A DNA stretch of 64,000 nucleotides, taken from contig OZ219866.1 of NCBI GenBank assembly GCA_964291675.2, positions 288,001 through 352,000 of the forward strand, read 5' to 3'. Both the position numbers and the translations under genes were made by a program. Source of the stretch: Alphaproteobacteria bacterium (lineage in GTDB: Bacteria; Pseudomonadota; Alphaproteobacteria; MPNO01). This document shows positions 10,953 through 22,218 of the stretch, piece after piece. A model generated the notes under the pieces. That model was given only the letters and a program-made list of their open reading frames with translations. It ran no database searches and had not been told where the DNA came from. Position 1 is the first letter of the stretch. Every line of letters starts with the position of its first letter.

Positions 10953-13193
10953 CTACATCTCGTCCAGCGAGAACCGGTTGGAGCGCGGAAAGCCCCGGGG
11001 CACAACGCGGCCCGCCTGGCCGCGCTTTCCGGTCCACGGCTGGAGCGCGGTCTCGCGCCGCGTCCGCTGGCCGGAACGCCAGGCGAGGCCCCGGGCGCGG
11101 TCGAACACGGCGATGTCGGAGAGCCCGCCCTCGGCATAGCGCTGCATGATCACGCCGCGCCCGCGGGTCATCTCGGGCAGCTCGGAAAGCAGGAATATCA
11201 GCAGCTTGCGGTTGCTTCCGACCGCCGCCACGCTGTCTCCGGCGGCGCGGGCGCAGGCCTGCGCCTCGGCCCCGGGGGCGAGGTTGAGCACCTGCTTGCC
11301 GGCGCGGGTCTGCGCCGCGACGGCGTCTTCCGGCACCACGAACCCCCGACCGTCCGACGCGGCGACGACCAGCTTCGCGCCGGGCTCATGCACCAGCAGC
11401 CGGACGATGTCCTGGTCGTTGCCGAGCTCGACCATGAGGCGGATCGGCTCGCCATGCCCGCGCCCGTTGGGCAGGCGGTCGCAGGGGATGGTGTAGAAGC
11501 GCCCGTTGGTGCCGAAGGCGAGCAGCCGGTCGGTGCTGTGGGCGTGCAGCACGAAGCGGCCGCGGTCGCCGTCCTTGAACTTGAGCCCGGCGGGGTCCTC
11601 CTGGTGGCCGCGCACGGCGCGGATCCAGCCCTTCTGCGAGCAGATCACGGTAATCGGCTCGCGCTCGACCGCCGCGTCGTCCGCCGCCTCGTCGAGGATC
11701 GGCGCATCGGCGATCCGGGTGCGCCGCGCGCCGCCGTCGCCGTCCGCGCCGAAGCGGGCCCTGACATCGCGGATCTCGCCTGCGATGCGCTCCCAGCGCA
11801 GCGATTCCGTCTTCAGCAGGCGCTTCAGCTCCCTCTGCTCGGATGTGAGGGATTTGTGCTCGTTTGCGATCTCCGCTTCCTCGAGCCGGCGCAGCGCGCG
11901 CAGGCGCATGTTGAGGATCGCCTCGGCCTGGACCTCGCTCATCTCCCAGCGCGCCATCATCGCCGCTTTGGGGTCGTCGTCCTCGCGGACGATGCGGATG
12001 ATCTCGTCGAGATTGGCGAACGCGATCAGGTAGCCCGCGAGCACTTCGAGGCGGGCGGCGATCCTGTCCAGGCGGTGACGGGTGCGCCGGCAGAGAATGT
12101 CGTGGCGGTGGTCGAGGAAGGCCCGCAGCATCTGCCGCAGGTTCATCACCACCGGCACCCGGCCGCCGTCGAGCACGTTCATGTTCACCGAGACCCGGGT
12201 CTCGAGCTCGGTCAGGCGGAAAAGCTGGGCCATCATCGCCGCCGGATCGACGGTGCGCGTGCGCGGCTCGAGGACGAGGCGCAAATCTTCCGCCGACTCG
12301 TCGCGCACATCGACCAGCGAGGGCAGCTTGCGCTCGACGATCAGCCCGGCGATCCGTTCGATCAGCCGCGCCTTCTGGGTCTGGTAGGGGATTTCGGTCA
12401 CCACCACCTGGTACTGGCCGTGGCTCAGCTTCTCGACCTCCCAGCGCGCGCGCAGGCGCAGGCTGCCCCGCCCGGTGGCGTAGGCCTCCTCGATCGCCGG
12501 GCGCGGCTCGGCGAGAACCCCGCCGGTCGGAAAGTCCGGCCCCGGCACCAGCTCGACCAGCGCCGCGACGGACGCGTCGGGATTGTCGATCAGATGGAGC
12601 GCCGCGTCGCACACCTCGCCCAGATTGTGCGGCGGAATGCTGGTCGCCATGCCGACGGCGATGCCGCTCGCCCCGTTGCACAAGAGGTTGGGAACCGCAC
12701 CCGGCAGCACCGCCGGCTCGTCGTCGGTGCCGTCGTAGTTGGCGCGGAAATCGACCGCGTCCTCGTCGATCCCCTCCAGCAGGGCGAGCGCGTAGCGCGT
12801 CAGCCGCGCCTCGGTGTAGCGCATCGCCGCCGCCCCGTCGCCGTCGATATTGCCGAAATTCCCCTGCCCCTCGACCATCGGGTAGCGCACCGCGAAATCC
12901 TGCGCCATGCGGACCATCGCGTCGTAGATCGCCTGGTCGCCATGCGGGTGGAACTTGCCCATCACGTCGCCGACCACCCGGGCGCATTTCTTGAAACCGG
13001 CATCGGGGTCGAGCCTGAGCTGGCGCATCGCGAACAGGAGCCGGCGATGCACCGGCTTGAGCCCGTCGCGCACATCGGGCAGCGACCGCGCGGTGATGGT
13101 CGACAGCGCGTAGGCGAGATAGCGCTCGCCCAGCGCCTCGGCCAGCGGGATCTCGCGGGTCGCGGAATCGAACAGATCGGCTTGGTCGGTCAT
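10953..13193 (-). CDS. parC: DNA topoisomerase IV subunit A
   Basis: [29 protein letters not shown]; synteny with recO. Confidence 0.96.
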   Translation of the reverse strand: MTDQADLFDSATREIPLAEALGERYLAYALSTITARSLPDVRDGLKPVHRRLLFAMRQLRLDPDAGFKKCARVVGDVMGKFHPHGDQAIYDAMVRMAQDFAVRYPMVEGQGNFGNIDGDGAAAMRYTEARLTRYALALLEGIDEDAVDFRANYDGTDDEPAVLPGAVPNLLCNGASGIAVGMATSIPPHNLGEVCDAALHLIDNPDASVAALVELVPGPDFPTGGVLAEPRPAIEEAYATGRGSLRLRARWEVEKLSHGQYQVVVTEIPYQTQKARLIERIAGLIVERKLPSLVDVRDESAEDLRLVLEPRTRTVDPAAMMAQLFRLTELETRVSVNMNVLDGGRVPVVMNLRQMLRAFLDHRHDILCRRTRHRLDRIAARLEVLAGYLIAFANLDEIIRIVREDDDPKAAMMARWEMSEVQAEAILNMRLRALRRLEEAEIANEHKSLTSEQRELKRLLKTESLRWERIAGEIRDVRARFGADGDGGARRTRIADAPILDEAADDAAVEREPITVICSQKGWIRAVRGHQEDPAGLKFKDGDRGRFVLHAHSTDRLLAFGTNGRFYTIPCDRLPNGRGHGEPIRLMVELGNDQDIVRLLVHEPGAKLVVAASDGRGFVVPEDAVAAQTRAGKQVLNLAPGAEAQACARAAGDSVAAVGSNRKLLIFLLSELPEMTRGRGVIMQRYAEGGLSDIAVFDRARGLAWRSGQRTRRETALQPWTGKRGQAGRVVPRGFPRSNRFSLDEM

Positions 13194-13924
13194 CGGGTCC
13201 CGGCGGTACGTCGAACCATGGCGTCGTGCAGCCGCGCCCGCGCCGGCGGCATCTTGCGCTCGGCGGGCGCGAGCGCCTGGCGGGCGAGGAAATGGCCGGT
13301 CAGCCGGAGCGCGGCGGCCACCGACCCAGCATCGGCCGACTCACCGCGGTCGATCAAGAACGGCGGCAGGGCGAGCAGGCGATTCTCGTAAGCCCCGGCG
13401 GCGGCGCGGGAGACCGCGCGTCCGGTGCGCGGCGAGACGAAGGCGAGATCCTCGGTCGCCCCGGTGACGGCGCAGCTCGCGAGGTCGAGCCCGAAACCGA
13501 GCGCGGCAAGCAGGGCGACCTCGAACCGCGCATAGGCCGCCGCCCATCCGGCGGTGCCGAGCCCGTCGAGCAGCGCCACGAAGGCCTCGAACACCGGGCG
13601 GTTGGGTTCGCGCTCCGGCAGCGTCGCCTCGACCAGCGCCGCCGCCGCGCCGAGCCCGGCAAGCGGTCCCCCGGCGTCGAGCAGCTCGGCCGCATGCGCC
13701 CGCAGGAGCTCGCCCCGATAGTTGCCCAGGTGATCGGCAAGCCTCGCCCGCCAGGTCGCGGCGACGCGGTTGCCGATCTGGTAGGTCGCGCGCGCGGCGC
13801 GGCCGGTGCCGCCCCGCACCAGCCCGGCATGCAGGCCGTGGCTCTCGGTCAGCAGCTTGACCACCAGCGAGCTCTCCCCGTGCTTGAAGCGGGCGATAAC
13901 GATGCCGTGGTCGTGCCAATCCAT
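13190..13924 (-). CDS. recO: DNA repair protein RecO
   Basis: MDWHDHGIV..HGESS, FVSPRTGRAVS; follows era. Confidence 0.93.
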   Translation of the reverse strand: MDWHDHGIVIARFKHGESSLVVKLLTESHGLHAGLVRGGTGRAARATYQIGNRVAATWRARLADHLGNYRGELLRAHAAELLDAGGPLAGLGAAAALVEATLPEREPNRPVFEAFVALLDGLGTAGWAAAYARFEVALLAALGFGLDLASCAVTGATEDLAFVSPRTGRAVSRAAAGAYENRLLALPPFLIDRGESADAGSVAAALRLTGHFLARQALAPAERKMPPARARLHDAMVRRTAGTR

Positions 13925-13935
13925 CGCCGTCCCCG

Positions 13936-14850
13936 TCAGGCGTTGAAATCGAGCCCCCAGGGCGAGAAACGCTCGGGGTCGTCGCCCCATTTCTGACGCA
14001 CCTTGACGAAGATGAACAGGTGCACGCGGCGCTCCAGCATCGCCTCCAGCTCGGCCGCGGACTGCTCGCGCACCGACTTGATGCGCGCGCCCTGGCGTCC
14101 GAGGACGATCCCCTTCTGGCTGTCGCGCTCGACGAACACCGTCTGCCCGATGCGGACGCTGCCGTCGTCGAAGGACTGCCAGTCGTCGGTCTCCACGGTC
14201 AGCGCGTAGGGCAGCTCCTGATGCAGCCGCTCGAACAGCTTCTCGCGGGTGATCTCGGCGGCGAACAGCCGGTCGTTCATGTCGGAGAGCTGGTCCTCCG
14301 GGTAGAGCCAGGGCCCGGCGGGCACCGCCCGGGCGAGATGGCGCGCGAGATCGCCCACCCCGTCCCCCGTGGTCGCCGAGATCATGAAGGTCGCCTCGAA
14401 CGCGCACGCCGCGTTGGCCTCGCGCGACAGCGCCAGCATGGCCTCGCGCCGCACCAGATCGATCTTGTTGAGCGCCAGCACGCGCTGCGCCCGCGCCCCG
14501 GCGAGGGCGGCGAGGATGTGCCCCGCCTCGTCGTCGAGCCCCTTTCTCGCGTCGATCAGCAGCAGGCGGATATCGGCGTCGGCGGCGCCGGTCCAGGCGG
14601 CGGCGACCATCGCCCGGTCGAGCCGGCGCCGGGGCGCGAAGATGCCCGGCGTGTCGACATAGACGAGCTGCGATTCCCCGCAGACGGCAACGCCGCTGAC
14701 CCGGTGGCGGGTGGTCTGCGCCTTGGCGGTGACGATCGACACCTTGGCGCCCACCAGGCGGTTGGTCAGCGTCGACTTGCCGGCATTGGGCGCGCCGATC
14801 ACCGCGACGAAGCCGCAGCGCCTCGCGCCTTCGGGATCGGCGTCAGCCAC
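13936..14850 (-). CDS. era: GTPase Era
   Basis: GAPNAGKST, QTTR, DTPG, NKID and KH-like C-terminus. Confidence 0.96.
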   Translation of the reverse strand: MADADPEGARRCGFVAVIGAPNAGKSTLTNRLVGAKVSIVTAKAQTTRHRVSGVAVCGESQLVYVDTPGIFAPRRRLDRAMVAAAWTGAADADIRLLLIDARKGLDDEAGHILAALAGARAQRVLALNKIDLVRREAMLALSREANAACAFEATFMISATTGDGVGDLARHLARAVPAGPWLYPEDQLSDMNDRLFAAEITREKLFERLHQELPYALTVETDDWQSFDDGSVRIGQTVFVERDSQKGIVLGRQGARIKSVREQSAAELEAMLERRVHLFIFVKVRQKWGDDPERFSPWGLDFNA

Positions 14851-15520
14851 CGGGAGCGGCCGCGATGTCGAGCAGGTCGCGGGCGGCGGCCTGCTCGGCG
14901 GCGCGCTTGGAGCCCGCGCTCGCGCGCACCGGCTCCAAGCCCTCGACGCGGGCCTCGACGGTGAGCACCGGCGCGTGCGGCGGGCCGTCGGTCGCCACCA
15001 GCGCGTATTCCGGCAGCGGCAGCGCGCGCGCCTGCGCCCATTCCTGCAAGGCGGTCTTGGGGTCGGGCGGCGGCCGGTCGCCGATCATGGAGCCCCAGAA
15101 TCTGGCCACCACCGCCATCGCCGCATCGTGCCCGCCGTCGCGGTATACCGCCCCGATGAGCGCCTCGCAGCTATCCTCGATCACCGACGGCGGCAGGGAG
15201 TCGCGGTCGAAACCCCGGTCGATGCGGATACGCCGGTGCAGCCCGATCCCGCGGCCGATCGCGGCCAGGGTGGCGCCGCTGGCGAGTCTCGCGTGGCGTC
15301 GCGCGAGGTCGCCGGGAGCTTCGTCGGGATGCGCCTCGGCGAGCAGCGCCGCGAGCCCGAGTCCGAGCACCCGGTCGCCGAGGAATTCGAGCCTTTCGAG
15401 CGACGGGCGGCTTGCCCCGGCGGCGCTTGCGTGGGTCAGCGCCTCCTCGAGCAGCGCGCGGTCGGCGAAGCGATGGCCGAGCGCGGCCTCGATGTCCTGC
15501 AATGCGTCCTCGCCGGACAA
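14843..15520 (-). CDS. rnc: Ribonuclease III
   Basis: ERLEFLGDRVL signature and dsRBD (DPKTALQEW); TTG start inferred. Confidence 0.93.
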   Translation of the reverse strand: MSGEDALQDIEAALGHRFADRALLEEALTHASAAGASRPSLERLEFLGDRVLGLGLAALLAEAHPDEAPGDLARRHARLASGATLAAIGRGIGLHRRIRIDRGFDRDSLPPSVIEDSCEALIGAVYRDGGHDAAMAVVARFWGSMIGDRPPPDPKTALQEWAQARALPLPEYALVATDGPPHAPVLTVEARVEGLEPVRASAGSKRAAEQAAARDLLDIAAAPGG

Positions 15521-15522
15521 GT

Positions 15523-16266
15523 CTATTCCACGGCGTCGAAGAAGCGTTTGAACCGGATCGTGCTCGGCCAGCGCCAGAATTCCCACACGCTGGCCGAGCC
15601 GTCGATCGAGAAGAACAGGATCTCGGCGCGGCCGACGAGGTTCTCGGCCGGCACGAAGCCGACGCCGCTCAGCACCCGGCTGTCCAGCGAGTTGTCCCGG
15701 TTGTCGCCCATCGCGAAATAGTGTCCCCTCGGCACGACATAGACCGGCGTGTTGTCGAGTTGACCCCGGTCGGTGTGTTCGAGGATGCGATAGGTCCGGC
15801 CGTTCGGCAGGATCTCGTCGAACTGCGCGGTCCGGTGCAGCCGGCCGTGCCCGTCTATCTCGATGAAGTCGACCACCCGGCGGCGCGCGACCTGCTCTCC
15901 GTTGATGTGGAGCCGGCCGCCGCGCACCTGGATGCGGTCGCCCGGCAGGCCGACGATGCGCTTGATGTAGTCGGTCTTGTCGTCGGTCGGCAGCTTGAAC
16001 ACCGCGATGTCGCCGCGCTCGGGCTCCGACATCAGGATGCGCCCGGGGATCAGGGGCAGGCTGAGCGGCAGGGAATGCCGGCTGTAGCCGTAGGAATACT
16101 TGGAGACGAACAGGTAGTCGCCGACCAGCAGCGTCGGCTTCATCGAGCCGGAGGGGATGTTGAACGGCTCGAAGGCGACGGTGCGGATGGCGAGCGCGAT
16201 CAGCACCGCATAGACGACGGTCTTGACCGTTTCCCACAGCCTGCCCGCCCTGCGCGTCGCCATCAT
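15523..16266 (-). CDS. lepB: Signal peptidase I
   Basis: [32 protein letters not shown]. Confidence 0.96.
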   Translation of the reverse strand: MMATRRAGRLWETVKTVVYAVLIALAIRTVAFEPFNIPSGSMKPTLLVGDYLFVSKYSYGYSRHSLPLSLPLIPGRILMSEPERGDIAVFKLPTDDKTDYIKRIVGLPGDRIQVRGGRLHINGEQVARRRVVDFIEIDGHGRLHRTAQFDEILPNGRTYRILEHTDRGQLDNTPVYVVPRGHYFAMGDNRDNSLDSRVLSGVGFVPAENLVGRAEILFFSIDGSASVWEFWRWPSTIRFKRFFDAVE

Positions 16267-16676
16267 CGCGGCCCGTCCCCGTCGCGGATGGCGGAAATCA
16301 CCACCATGGCGTGCGCCAGCGGCGGCTCGTCGGTCATCGTGAGCTCGACCGTCGCGGTCATCCCGTCGGGGGTGAGCGCGAGCAGCCGGTCGGCGGCGCC
16401 CCCGGTCAGGGCCATCGAGGGCTTGCCGCCCGGCAGGTTGACGACGCCGAGATCGCGCCAGTAGACGCCGCGGCGAAAGCCGGTCCCGAGCGCCTTGGCG
16501 CAGGCTTCCTTGGCGGCGAAGCGCTTGGCGTAGCTCGCCGCCCGGCCGGCGCGGCGTTCCGAACGGCGGCGCTCGGTCTCGGTGAACACGCGTGCCAGAA
16601 AGCGGTCGCCGAAGCGCTCCAGCGTCCGCTCGATGCGCCGGATGTCGATCAGATCGGTGCCGATGCCGATGATCAC
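16263..16676 (-). CDS. acpS: Holo-ACP synthase
   Basis: [23 protein letters not shown]; GTG start overlaps pdxJ stop. Confidence 0.94.
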   Translation of the reverse strand: MIIGIGTDLIDIRRIERTLERFGDRFLARVFTETERRRSERRAGRAASYAKRFAAKEACAKALGTGFRRGVYWRDLGVVNLPGGKPSMALTGGAADRLLALTPDGMTATVELTMTDEPPLAHAMVVISAIRDGDGPR

Positions 16677-17428
16677 GCCGGCGTGCTCGCGCGCCCGCCC
16701 CGCCGCGCCGCGTCCATCAGCTCCCGCATGCGCCGGATGGCCCGGTCGATCCCGTCGAAGATCGCCTCGCCGATCAGGAAGTGACCGATATTGAGCTCGG
16801 CGAGCGTCGGGATGCGGGCGATCGGCCCGACCGAATCGAAGGCGATGCCGTGCCCGGCATGGCATTCGAGCCCGAGCGCGGCGGCGGCTTCGGCGGCCGC
16901 TTCGAGGCGCGCGAGCTGGGCCGGGGCGTCGCCGGCGCCGGCCTCGCAATAGGCGCCGGTGTGCAGCTCGACCACCGGCGCGCCGATCGCCGCGGCCGCC
17001 TCGATCTGCCTTGCCTCGGGCTCGATGAACAGCGAGACCCTGATGCCCCTGGCGGTGAGGGAGTCGACGAAGCGGACCAGGCGGTCGCGCCCGCCGGCCA
17101 CGTCGAGCCCGCCCTCGGTGGTGCGCTCCTGGCGCCGCTCGGGCACGATGCAGGCGGCGTGCGGGCGGTGGCGCAGCGCGATCCCCAGCATCTCGTCGGT
17201 CGCCGCCATCTCCAGGTTGAGCGGCAGCTCGATATCGGCGATCAGCCGCTCGATGTCGCCATCCGTCATGTGCCGGCGGTCTTCGCGGAGATGCGCGGTG
17301 ATGCCGTCGGCGCCGGAGGAAGCGGCGAGGCGGGCGGCGCGCACCGGGTCCGGGTGGCGCCCGCCGCGGGCGTTGCGGATGGTCGCCACGTGGTCGATGT
17401 TCACTCCCAGTCGAAGATGTTCGGGCAT
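16673..17428 (-). CDS. pdxJ: Pyridoxine 5'-phosphate synthase
   Basis: [30 protein letters not shown]. Confidence 0.97.
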   Translation of the reverse strand: MPEHLRLGVNIDHVATIRNARGGRHPDPVRAARLAASSGADGITAHLREDRRHMTDGDIERLIADIELPLNLEMAATDEMLGIALRHRPHAACIVPERRQERTTEGGLDVAGGRDRLVRFVDSLTARGIRVSLFIEPEARQIEAAAAIGAPVVELHTGAYCEAGAGDAPAQLARLEAAAEAAAALGLECHAGHGIAFDSVGPIARIPTLAELNIGHFLIGEAIFDGIDRAIRRMRELMDAARRGGRASTPA

Positions 17429-17444
17429 CGCGGTCCGGCCGGCT

Positions 17445-19628
17445 TCAGTACAGGCTGCGCGCGCGCTCGACCGAGGTGACCGAGGGGGTCGCCCTGAGCG
17501 CGGCGATGATGTCGGTCAGGTGGCCGGTATCGGTGACCTCGATGTCGAGCACCATCTCGAAGAATTCGGGGGTGCGGTTGGTGAACCTCAGATTGTTGAT
17601 GTTGCCGAGGTGGTTGCCGATCATCGTCGTCAGATTGCCCAGCGTCCCGGGTTCGTTCGAGACGACGATGGTGATGCGCCCGATATGGGAATCGGCGCCC
17701 AGCGTATCCAAATCCCAGGCCACGTCGAGCCATCTCTCGGGCGTCGCCTGGAAGCTCTCCAGGCTCTCGCAATCCACGGTGTGGATCGACACCCCCTTGC
17801 CCGCCGTGACGATGCCGACGATGCGGTCGCCGGGCAGCGGGTGGCAGCAATTGCCGTAATGCACCGCCATGCCGGGGATCAGGCCGCGGATCGGCACGGC
17901 GACGGTATCGCCCGCCCCGGGCGCGCTCTTCCGGCGCTCGAAGGGCACCACGTTGCCGGCCGGCTTCGCCGCGTCCCCGCCCTTGGCGACCCGGCGGCCG
18001 CGCCGCGTCCGCGGCGCGATCGCCGCGATCACGTCGGCGGCGGTGATCAGCCCCTCGCCCACCGCGGCGTAGAGATCGTCCGCGGTCTTCACGTCGAACT
18101 TGCCGAGCACCCGCTTGATCACCGCGGCGGACGGCTTGTAGCCGGCATCGCGGTAGCCGGTCTGCAGGATCGCCTTGCCGAGCCTGAGGAACTCTTCGCG
18201 GCGTTCGCTGCGCACGAAGCGCCGGATGCGGGCGCGCGCCTTGCCGGTGACCACGATGTCCTCCCAGGCCGGCGTCGGCGTGCCGGTCTCGGAGGTGACG
18301 ATCTCGACCTGGTCGCCGTTGTTGAGCTGGGTCCTGAGCGGCATCATGCGGCCGTTGATGCGCGCGCCGACGCAGCGGTCGCCGACCTCGGAATGCACGG
18401 CGTAGGCGAAATCGACCGGCGTCGCGCCGCGCGGCAGGGCGATCAGCTCGCCCGCCGGGGTGAAGCAGAACACCTGGTCCTGGTACATCTCGAGCTTGGT
18501 GTGCTCGAGGAACTCCTCCGGCCCGGAGGCCTGTTCCAGGATGTCGAGCAGATGGCGCAGCCAGCGATATTGCCGCCCGTCGGTGCTCGCCTCGTCCTGC
18601 TTGTAGCGCCAGTGCGCGGCGACGCCGTATTCGGCGACCCGGTGCATCTCGCCGGTGCGGATCTGGATCTCGATGCGGCGGCTCTCGGGTCCGATGACGC
18701 AGGTATGGAGCGACTGGTAGCCGTTCATCTTGGGCGTCGAGATGTAGTCGTTGAACTGGTCGGGCACCACGGCGTAGGCGGTGTGGATGATGCCGAGCGC
18801 GCGGTAGCACTCCTCGACCGAGGCGACCACGACGCGGAACGCCATGACGTCGGAGAGCTGGTCGAAGTCGACGTTCTTGCGCTGCATCTTGCGCCACACC
18901 GAATAGGCGCGCTTGATGCGCCCGGACACCTCGGCGTCCAGCCCGCCATCCGACAGCACCGCGCCGACCCGCTCGACGATATGGGGGATCGACTCGCCCG
19001 ATTTCTGGCGCAGATAGCCGAGCCGGTTCTCGATCGACGACGCGGCGTCGGGGTAGAGATGGGCGAAGGCGAGCTCGGCGAGCTCGTCCTTGATCTCCTG
19101 CATGCCGATCCGCTCGGCGAGCGGCGCGTAGATCTCCATGGTCTCGGCGGCGATCCGCCGGCGCTTGGCCCGGGCGGGCACGTGCTGCAGCGTGCGCATG
19201 TTGTGCAGCCGGTCGGCGAGCTTGATCAGCAGCACGCGGATGTCCTGCGAGCTGGCGAGCAGCAGCTTGCGGAAGTTCTCGGCCTGCTGCGTGTCGTCCG
19301 ACTGGAGCTCCAGCAGCGACAGCTTGGTCACCCCGTCGACCAGCCGGGCGATCTCGCCGCCGAAACGGGACTCGATCTCGGGCAGGGTGGCGACGGTGTC
19401 CTCCACGGTGTCGTGCAGCAGCCCGGTGACGATCGAGGCGCAGTCCAGCTTGAGCTCCGACAGGATGCCGGCGACCTCGACGGGATGGGAGAAATAGGGA
19501 TCGCCGGACAGCCGGGTCTGGCTGCCATGCGCCTTCATCGAGAACACATAGGCGCGGTTCAGCGCGTCCTCGTCCGCCGACGGGTCGTAGGCCTTGACCC
19601 GCTCGACGAGCTCATATTGCCGGATCAT
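17445..19628 (-). CDS. spoT: Bifunctional (p)ppGpp synthetase/hydrolase
   Basis: HD domain (LLHDTVED), synthetase (YQSLHT, EIQIRT), TGS and ACT domains. Confidence 0.96.
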   Translation of the reverse strand: MIRQYELVERVKAYDPSADEDALNRAYVFSMKAHGSQTRLSGDPYFSHPVEVAGILSELKLDCASIVTGLLHDTVEDTVATLPEIESRFGGEIARLVDGVTKLSLLELQSDDTQQAENFRKLLLASSQDIRVLLIKLADRLHNMRTLQHVPARAKRRRIAAETMEIYAPLAERIGMQEIKDELAELAFAHLYPDAASSIENRLGYLRQKSGESIPHIVERVGAVLSDGGLDAEVSGRIKRAYSVWRKMQRKNVDFDQLSDVMAFRVVVASVEECYRALGIIHTAYAVVPDQFNDYISTPKMNGYQSLHTCVIGPESRRIEIQIRTGEMHRVAEYGVAAHWRYKQDEASTDGRQYRWLRHLLDILEQASGPEEFLEHTKLEMYQDQVFCFTPAGELIALPRGATPVDFAYAVHSEVGDRCVGARINGRMMPLRTQLNNGDQVEIVTSETGTPTPAWEDIVVTGKARARIRRFVRSERREEFLRLGKAILQTGYRDAGYKPSAAVIKRVLGKFDVKTADDLYAAVGEGLITAADVIAAIAPRTRRGRRVAKGGDAAKPAGNVVPFERRKSAPGAGDTVAVPIRGLIPGMAVHYGNCCHPLPGDRIVGIVTAGKGVSIHTVDCESLESFQATPERWLDVAWDLDTLGADSHIGRITIVVSNEPGTLGNLTTMIGNHLGNINNLRFTNRTPEFFEMVLDIEVTDTGHLTDIIAALRATPSVTSVERARSLY

Positions 19629-19712
19629 CGGGCCGATCCATCGCCGTCCGCCGCCGCTCCGCCACCGTCGCGCCCGCCACGCCCTGCGGCGGAAGCCCGG
19701 GCGCGGCGGAGG

Positions 19713-20150
19713 TCAGATGTCGTCCGGCGCCGGGCCGTCGTCCTCGTCCATCGCCTCGGCCTCCGAGATGTCCTGGAAGGCGACCATCTGGGGCCCGGCA
19801 TCGCCGCTCTCGGCCGCCGCCGGCGCCGCCGCGTCGGCGCGGTGGAAGCCCATCCGGACGAAATCGCCGAACGCCTCCTCGGCCGCGAGGAAGGCATCGC
19901 TCTCGTCGACCTGCTCCTCGACATCGACGTATTTCTGCAGGCTGCGGACCAGCGCGGACTCGATCTCCTCGGTATCGACGGTCTCGTCGGCGATCTCGCG
20001 CAGCGCCACCACCGGGTTCTTGTCGTTGTCCCGGTCGACGGTCAGCTCGGCGCCGATCGACAGCTCGCGCGAACGCTGCGCGGCCACCATGACCAGCTGG
20101 AAGCGGTTGGGAATCTTTAGGATACAGTCTTCTACGGTAACCCGCGCCAT
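19713..20150 (-). CDS. rpoZ: RNA polymerase omega subunit
   Basis: [21 protein letters not shown]. Confidence 0.96.
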   Translation of the reverse strand: MARVTVEDCILKIPNRFQLVMVAAQRSRELSIGAELTVDRDNDKNPVVALREIADETVDTEEIESALVRSLQKYVDVEEQVDESDAFLAAEEAFGDFVRMGFHRADAAAPAAAESGDAGPQMVAFQDISEAEAMDEDDGPAPDDI

Positions 20151-20210
20151 CGCTGCTTCGCTCTCCAAAATCGGTTGTCGCGGAAGATATAGGCCAAGGC
20201 GCGACGATTA

Positions 20211-20819
20211 TCAAGTAAAATCAATAACATCGGGACCGCCGGTCGGAGCCGGGGCGAGCGGCGTGCAGCGCTGCCCGGGCGGCAGCGCGGCAACCAGCTC
20301 GGAAACCGTCCGGCCGCTCCCCGGATGCCGCCAGCCCGGCGCCAGCTCGGCCAGCGGCAACAGCACGAAGGCGCGCTCGCCGAGCCTGGGATGCGGCAGC
20401 ACCGGACCGCCGCCGGACCGGCCGGGGCTGCGGCACAGCCGGCCATAGGCGATCAGGTCGAGATCGATCTCCCGCGCCTCGTTGCGCGCCCGCCGCCTGC
20501 GCCCGAGCCGGTGCTCGACTTCGTGCAGCGTCGCCAGCAGGCGGCAGGGCGGGAGCGCGGTGGCGATCCGCGCCACGCCGTTGACGAAGTCGGGCTGGTC
20601 CGCGGCGGGGACCGGGGCGGAGCGGTACCAGCGCGACCGCGCGAGGATTCGCACCGGCTCCCGCGCGAGGTCCAGCAGGGCCCGCTCGCAGCTCTCCAGC
20701 GGCGATCCGCCCCGGGAGATCGGCAGATTGGAGCCGATGGCCACGAAGATTCCGTCGTCGCCGGCACCTAACGAAGTTGTGAACGCTCGATCGGAGAGCT
20801 TGGCCGTATCATCTGTCAT
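20211..20819 (-). CDS. folK: 2-amino-4-hydroxy-6-hydroxymethyldihydropteridine diphosphokinase
   Basis: AIGSNL, QPDFVNGV, REIDLDL, LPHPRL..RAFVLLPL; start approximate. Confidence 0.92.
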   Translation of the reverse strand: MTDDTAKLSDRAFTTSLGAGDDGIFVAIGSNLPISRGGSPLESCERALLDLAREPVRILARSRWYRSAPVPAADQPDFVNGVARIATALPPCRLLATLHEVEHRLGRRRRARNEAREIDLDLIAYGRLCRSPGRSGGGPVLPHPRLGERAFVLLPLAELAPGWRHPGSGRTVSELVAALPPGQRCTPLAPAPTGGPDVIDFT

Positions 20820-20947
20820 CGCAGTATTGGCATGGCAGCACGCAGAAAGAGAATAGTGCGAGAGATGTACAAGCAACGGTGCGGAGCGCTAAACTGCATC
20901 TGCGATCGCCGCTGCTGGACAGCTTCCGAAAGGTGGGCGCGAAACCC

Positions 20948-21556
20948 ATGAATTTTCATCCGCAGGAACGCATAGCCATATTCATCGACGGCTCGAACCT
21001 GTACTCGGCGGCCCGGGCGCTCGGCTTCGACATCGACTACAAGAGCCTGTTGGAGCTGTTTTCCGCCCAGGGACGGCTGGTGCGGGCATTCTACTACACC
21101 GCCCTGGTGGAGGATCAGGAATATTCGCCGATCCGTCCGCTGGTCGACTGGCTCGACTATAACGGCTACACGCTGGTCACCAAGCCGACCAAGGAATTCA
21201 CCGACGCGATGGGACGCCGCAAGATCAAGGGCAATATGGACATCGAGCTCGCCATCGACGTGATGGAGATGGCCAAGAAGGTCGACCATATCGTCCTGTT
21301 CTCCGGCGACGGCGACTTCCGCCGGCTGATCGAGGCGGTGCAGCGCAAGGCGGTGCGGGTCAGCGTGGTGTCCACGCTGCGCTCCTCGCCGCCGATGGTC
21401 GCAGACGAGCTGCGCCGCCAGGCGGACTCCTTCATCGAGCTGCAGGACCTCGCGCCGCAGATCGCGCGCGCGCCGCGCCAGACGGAGAGCCGCCAGGCCG
21501 AGCACCGCATGCCGACGCCGGCGCGGCCCGATCTGGATACCGTGGACGCCGACTGA
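20948..21556 (+). CDS. NYN domain (LabA/DUF88) protein
   Basis: FIDGSNL, KGNMDIELAID, SGDGDF; usual alphaproteobacterial position beside folK/rpoZ. Confidence 0.93.
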   Translation: MNFHPQERIAIFIDGSNLYSAARALGFDIDYKSLLELFSAQGRLVRAFYYTALVEDQEYSPIRPLVDWLDYNGYTLVTKPTKEFTDAMGRRKIKGNMDIELAIDVMEMAKKVDHIVLFSGDGDFRRLIEAVQRKAVRVSVVSTLRSSPPMVADELRRQADSFIELQDLAPQIARAPRQTESRQAEHRMPTPARPDLDTVDAD

Positions 21557-21576
21557 CCCGCCGCAAGCGGCAACCC

Positions 21577-22218
21577 GTGGAGCCGAGGCAACCGCCGCCG
21601 GACTGCGACCTGTGCCCCCGCCTGGCCGCATTCCGGGACCGCCACCGCGCCGCCGAGCCCGGCTGGCACAACGCGCCGGTCCCCTCCTTCGGCCCGGTCG
21701 ATGCCCGCCTGCTCGTCGTCGGGCTCGCCCCGGGGCTGCGCGGCGCCAACCGGACCGGGCGGCCGTTCACCGGCGACTACGCGGGCGACCTGCTCTACGC
21801 CACCCTGCTCGATTTCGGCTTCGCGACGGGCGGCTACGACAGGCGGATCGACGACGGTCTCGCTTTGGTCGATTGCCGGGTGACCAACGCGGTGCGCTGC
21901 GTGCCGCCGGAGAACCGCCCGCTGGGGGGAGAGGCGACCGCCTGCCGCGGGTTCCTCGCCGGCGAGATCGAGGCGATGCCGCGGCTCGCCGTGATCCTCG
22001 CGCTCGGCACCGTCGCCCATGCCTCGGTCGTCCGCGCGCTCGGCCGCCGCATCGCCGACTTCAAGTTCGCGCACGGCGCGATGCACGCGCTCGACGGCGG
22101 AACGGTGCTCGCCGACAGCTACCACTGCTCGCGCTACAATCTGAACACCGGCCGGCTCACCGAAGCGATGTTCCACGCCGTCATCGCGATCGTCCGCGAG
22201 ACGCTCGACCGCGGCTAG
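21577..22218 (+). CDS. Uracil-DNA glycosylase (4Fe-4S, family 4/5)
   Basis: CDLCPRL, GLAPGLRGANRTGRPFTGD, RCVPPEN, YHCSRYN. Confidence 0.92.
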   Translation: MEPRQPPPDCDLCPRLAAFRDRHRAAEPGWHNAPVPSFGPVDARLLVVGLAPGLRGANRTGRPFTGDYAGDLLYATLLDFGFATGGYDRRIDDGLALVDCRVTNAVRCVPPENRPLGGEATACRGFLAGEIEAMPRLAVILALGTVAHASVVRALGRRIADFKFAHGAMHALDGGTVLADSYHCSRYNLNTGRLTEAMFHAVIAIVRETLDRG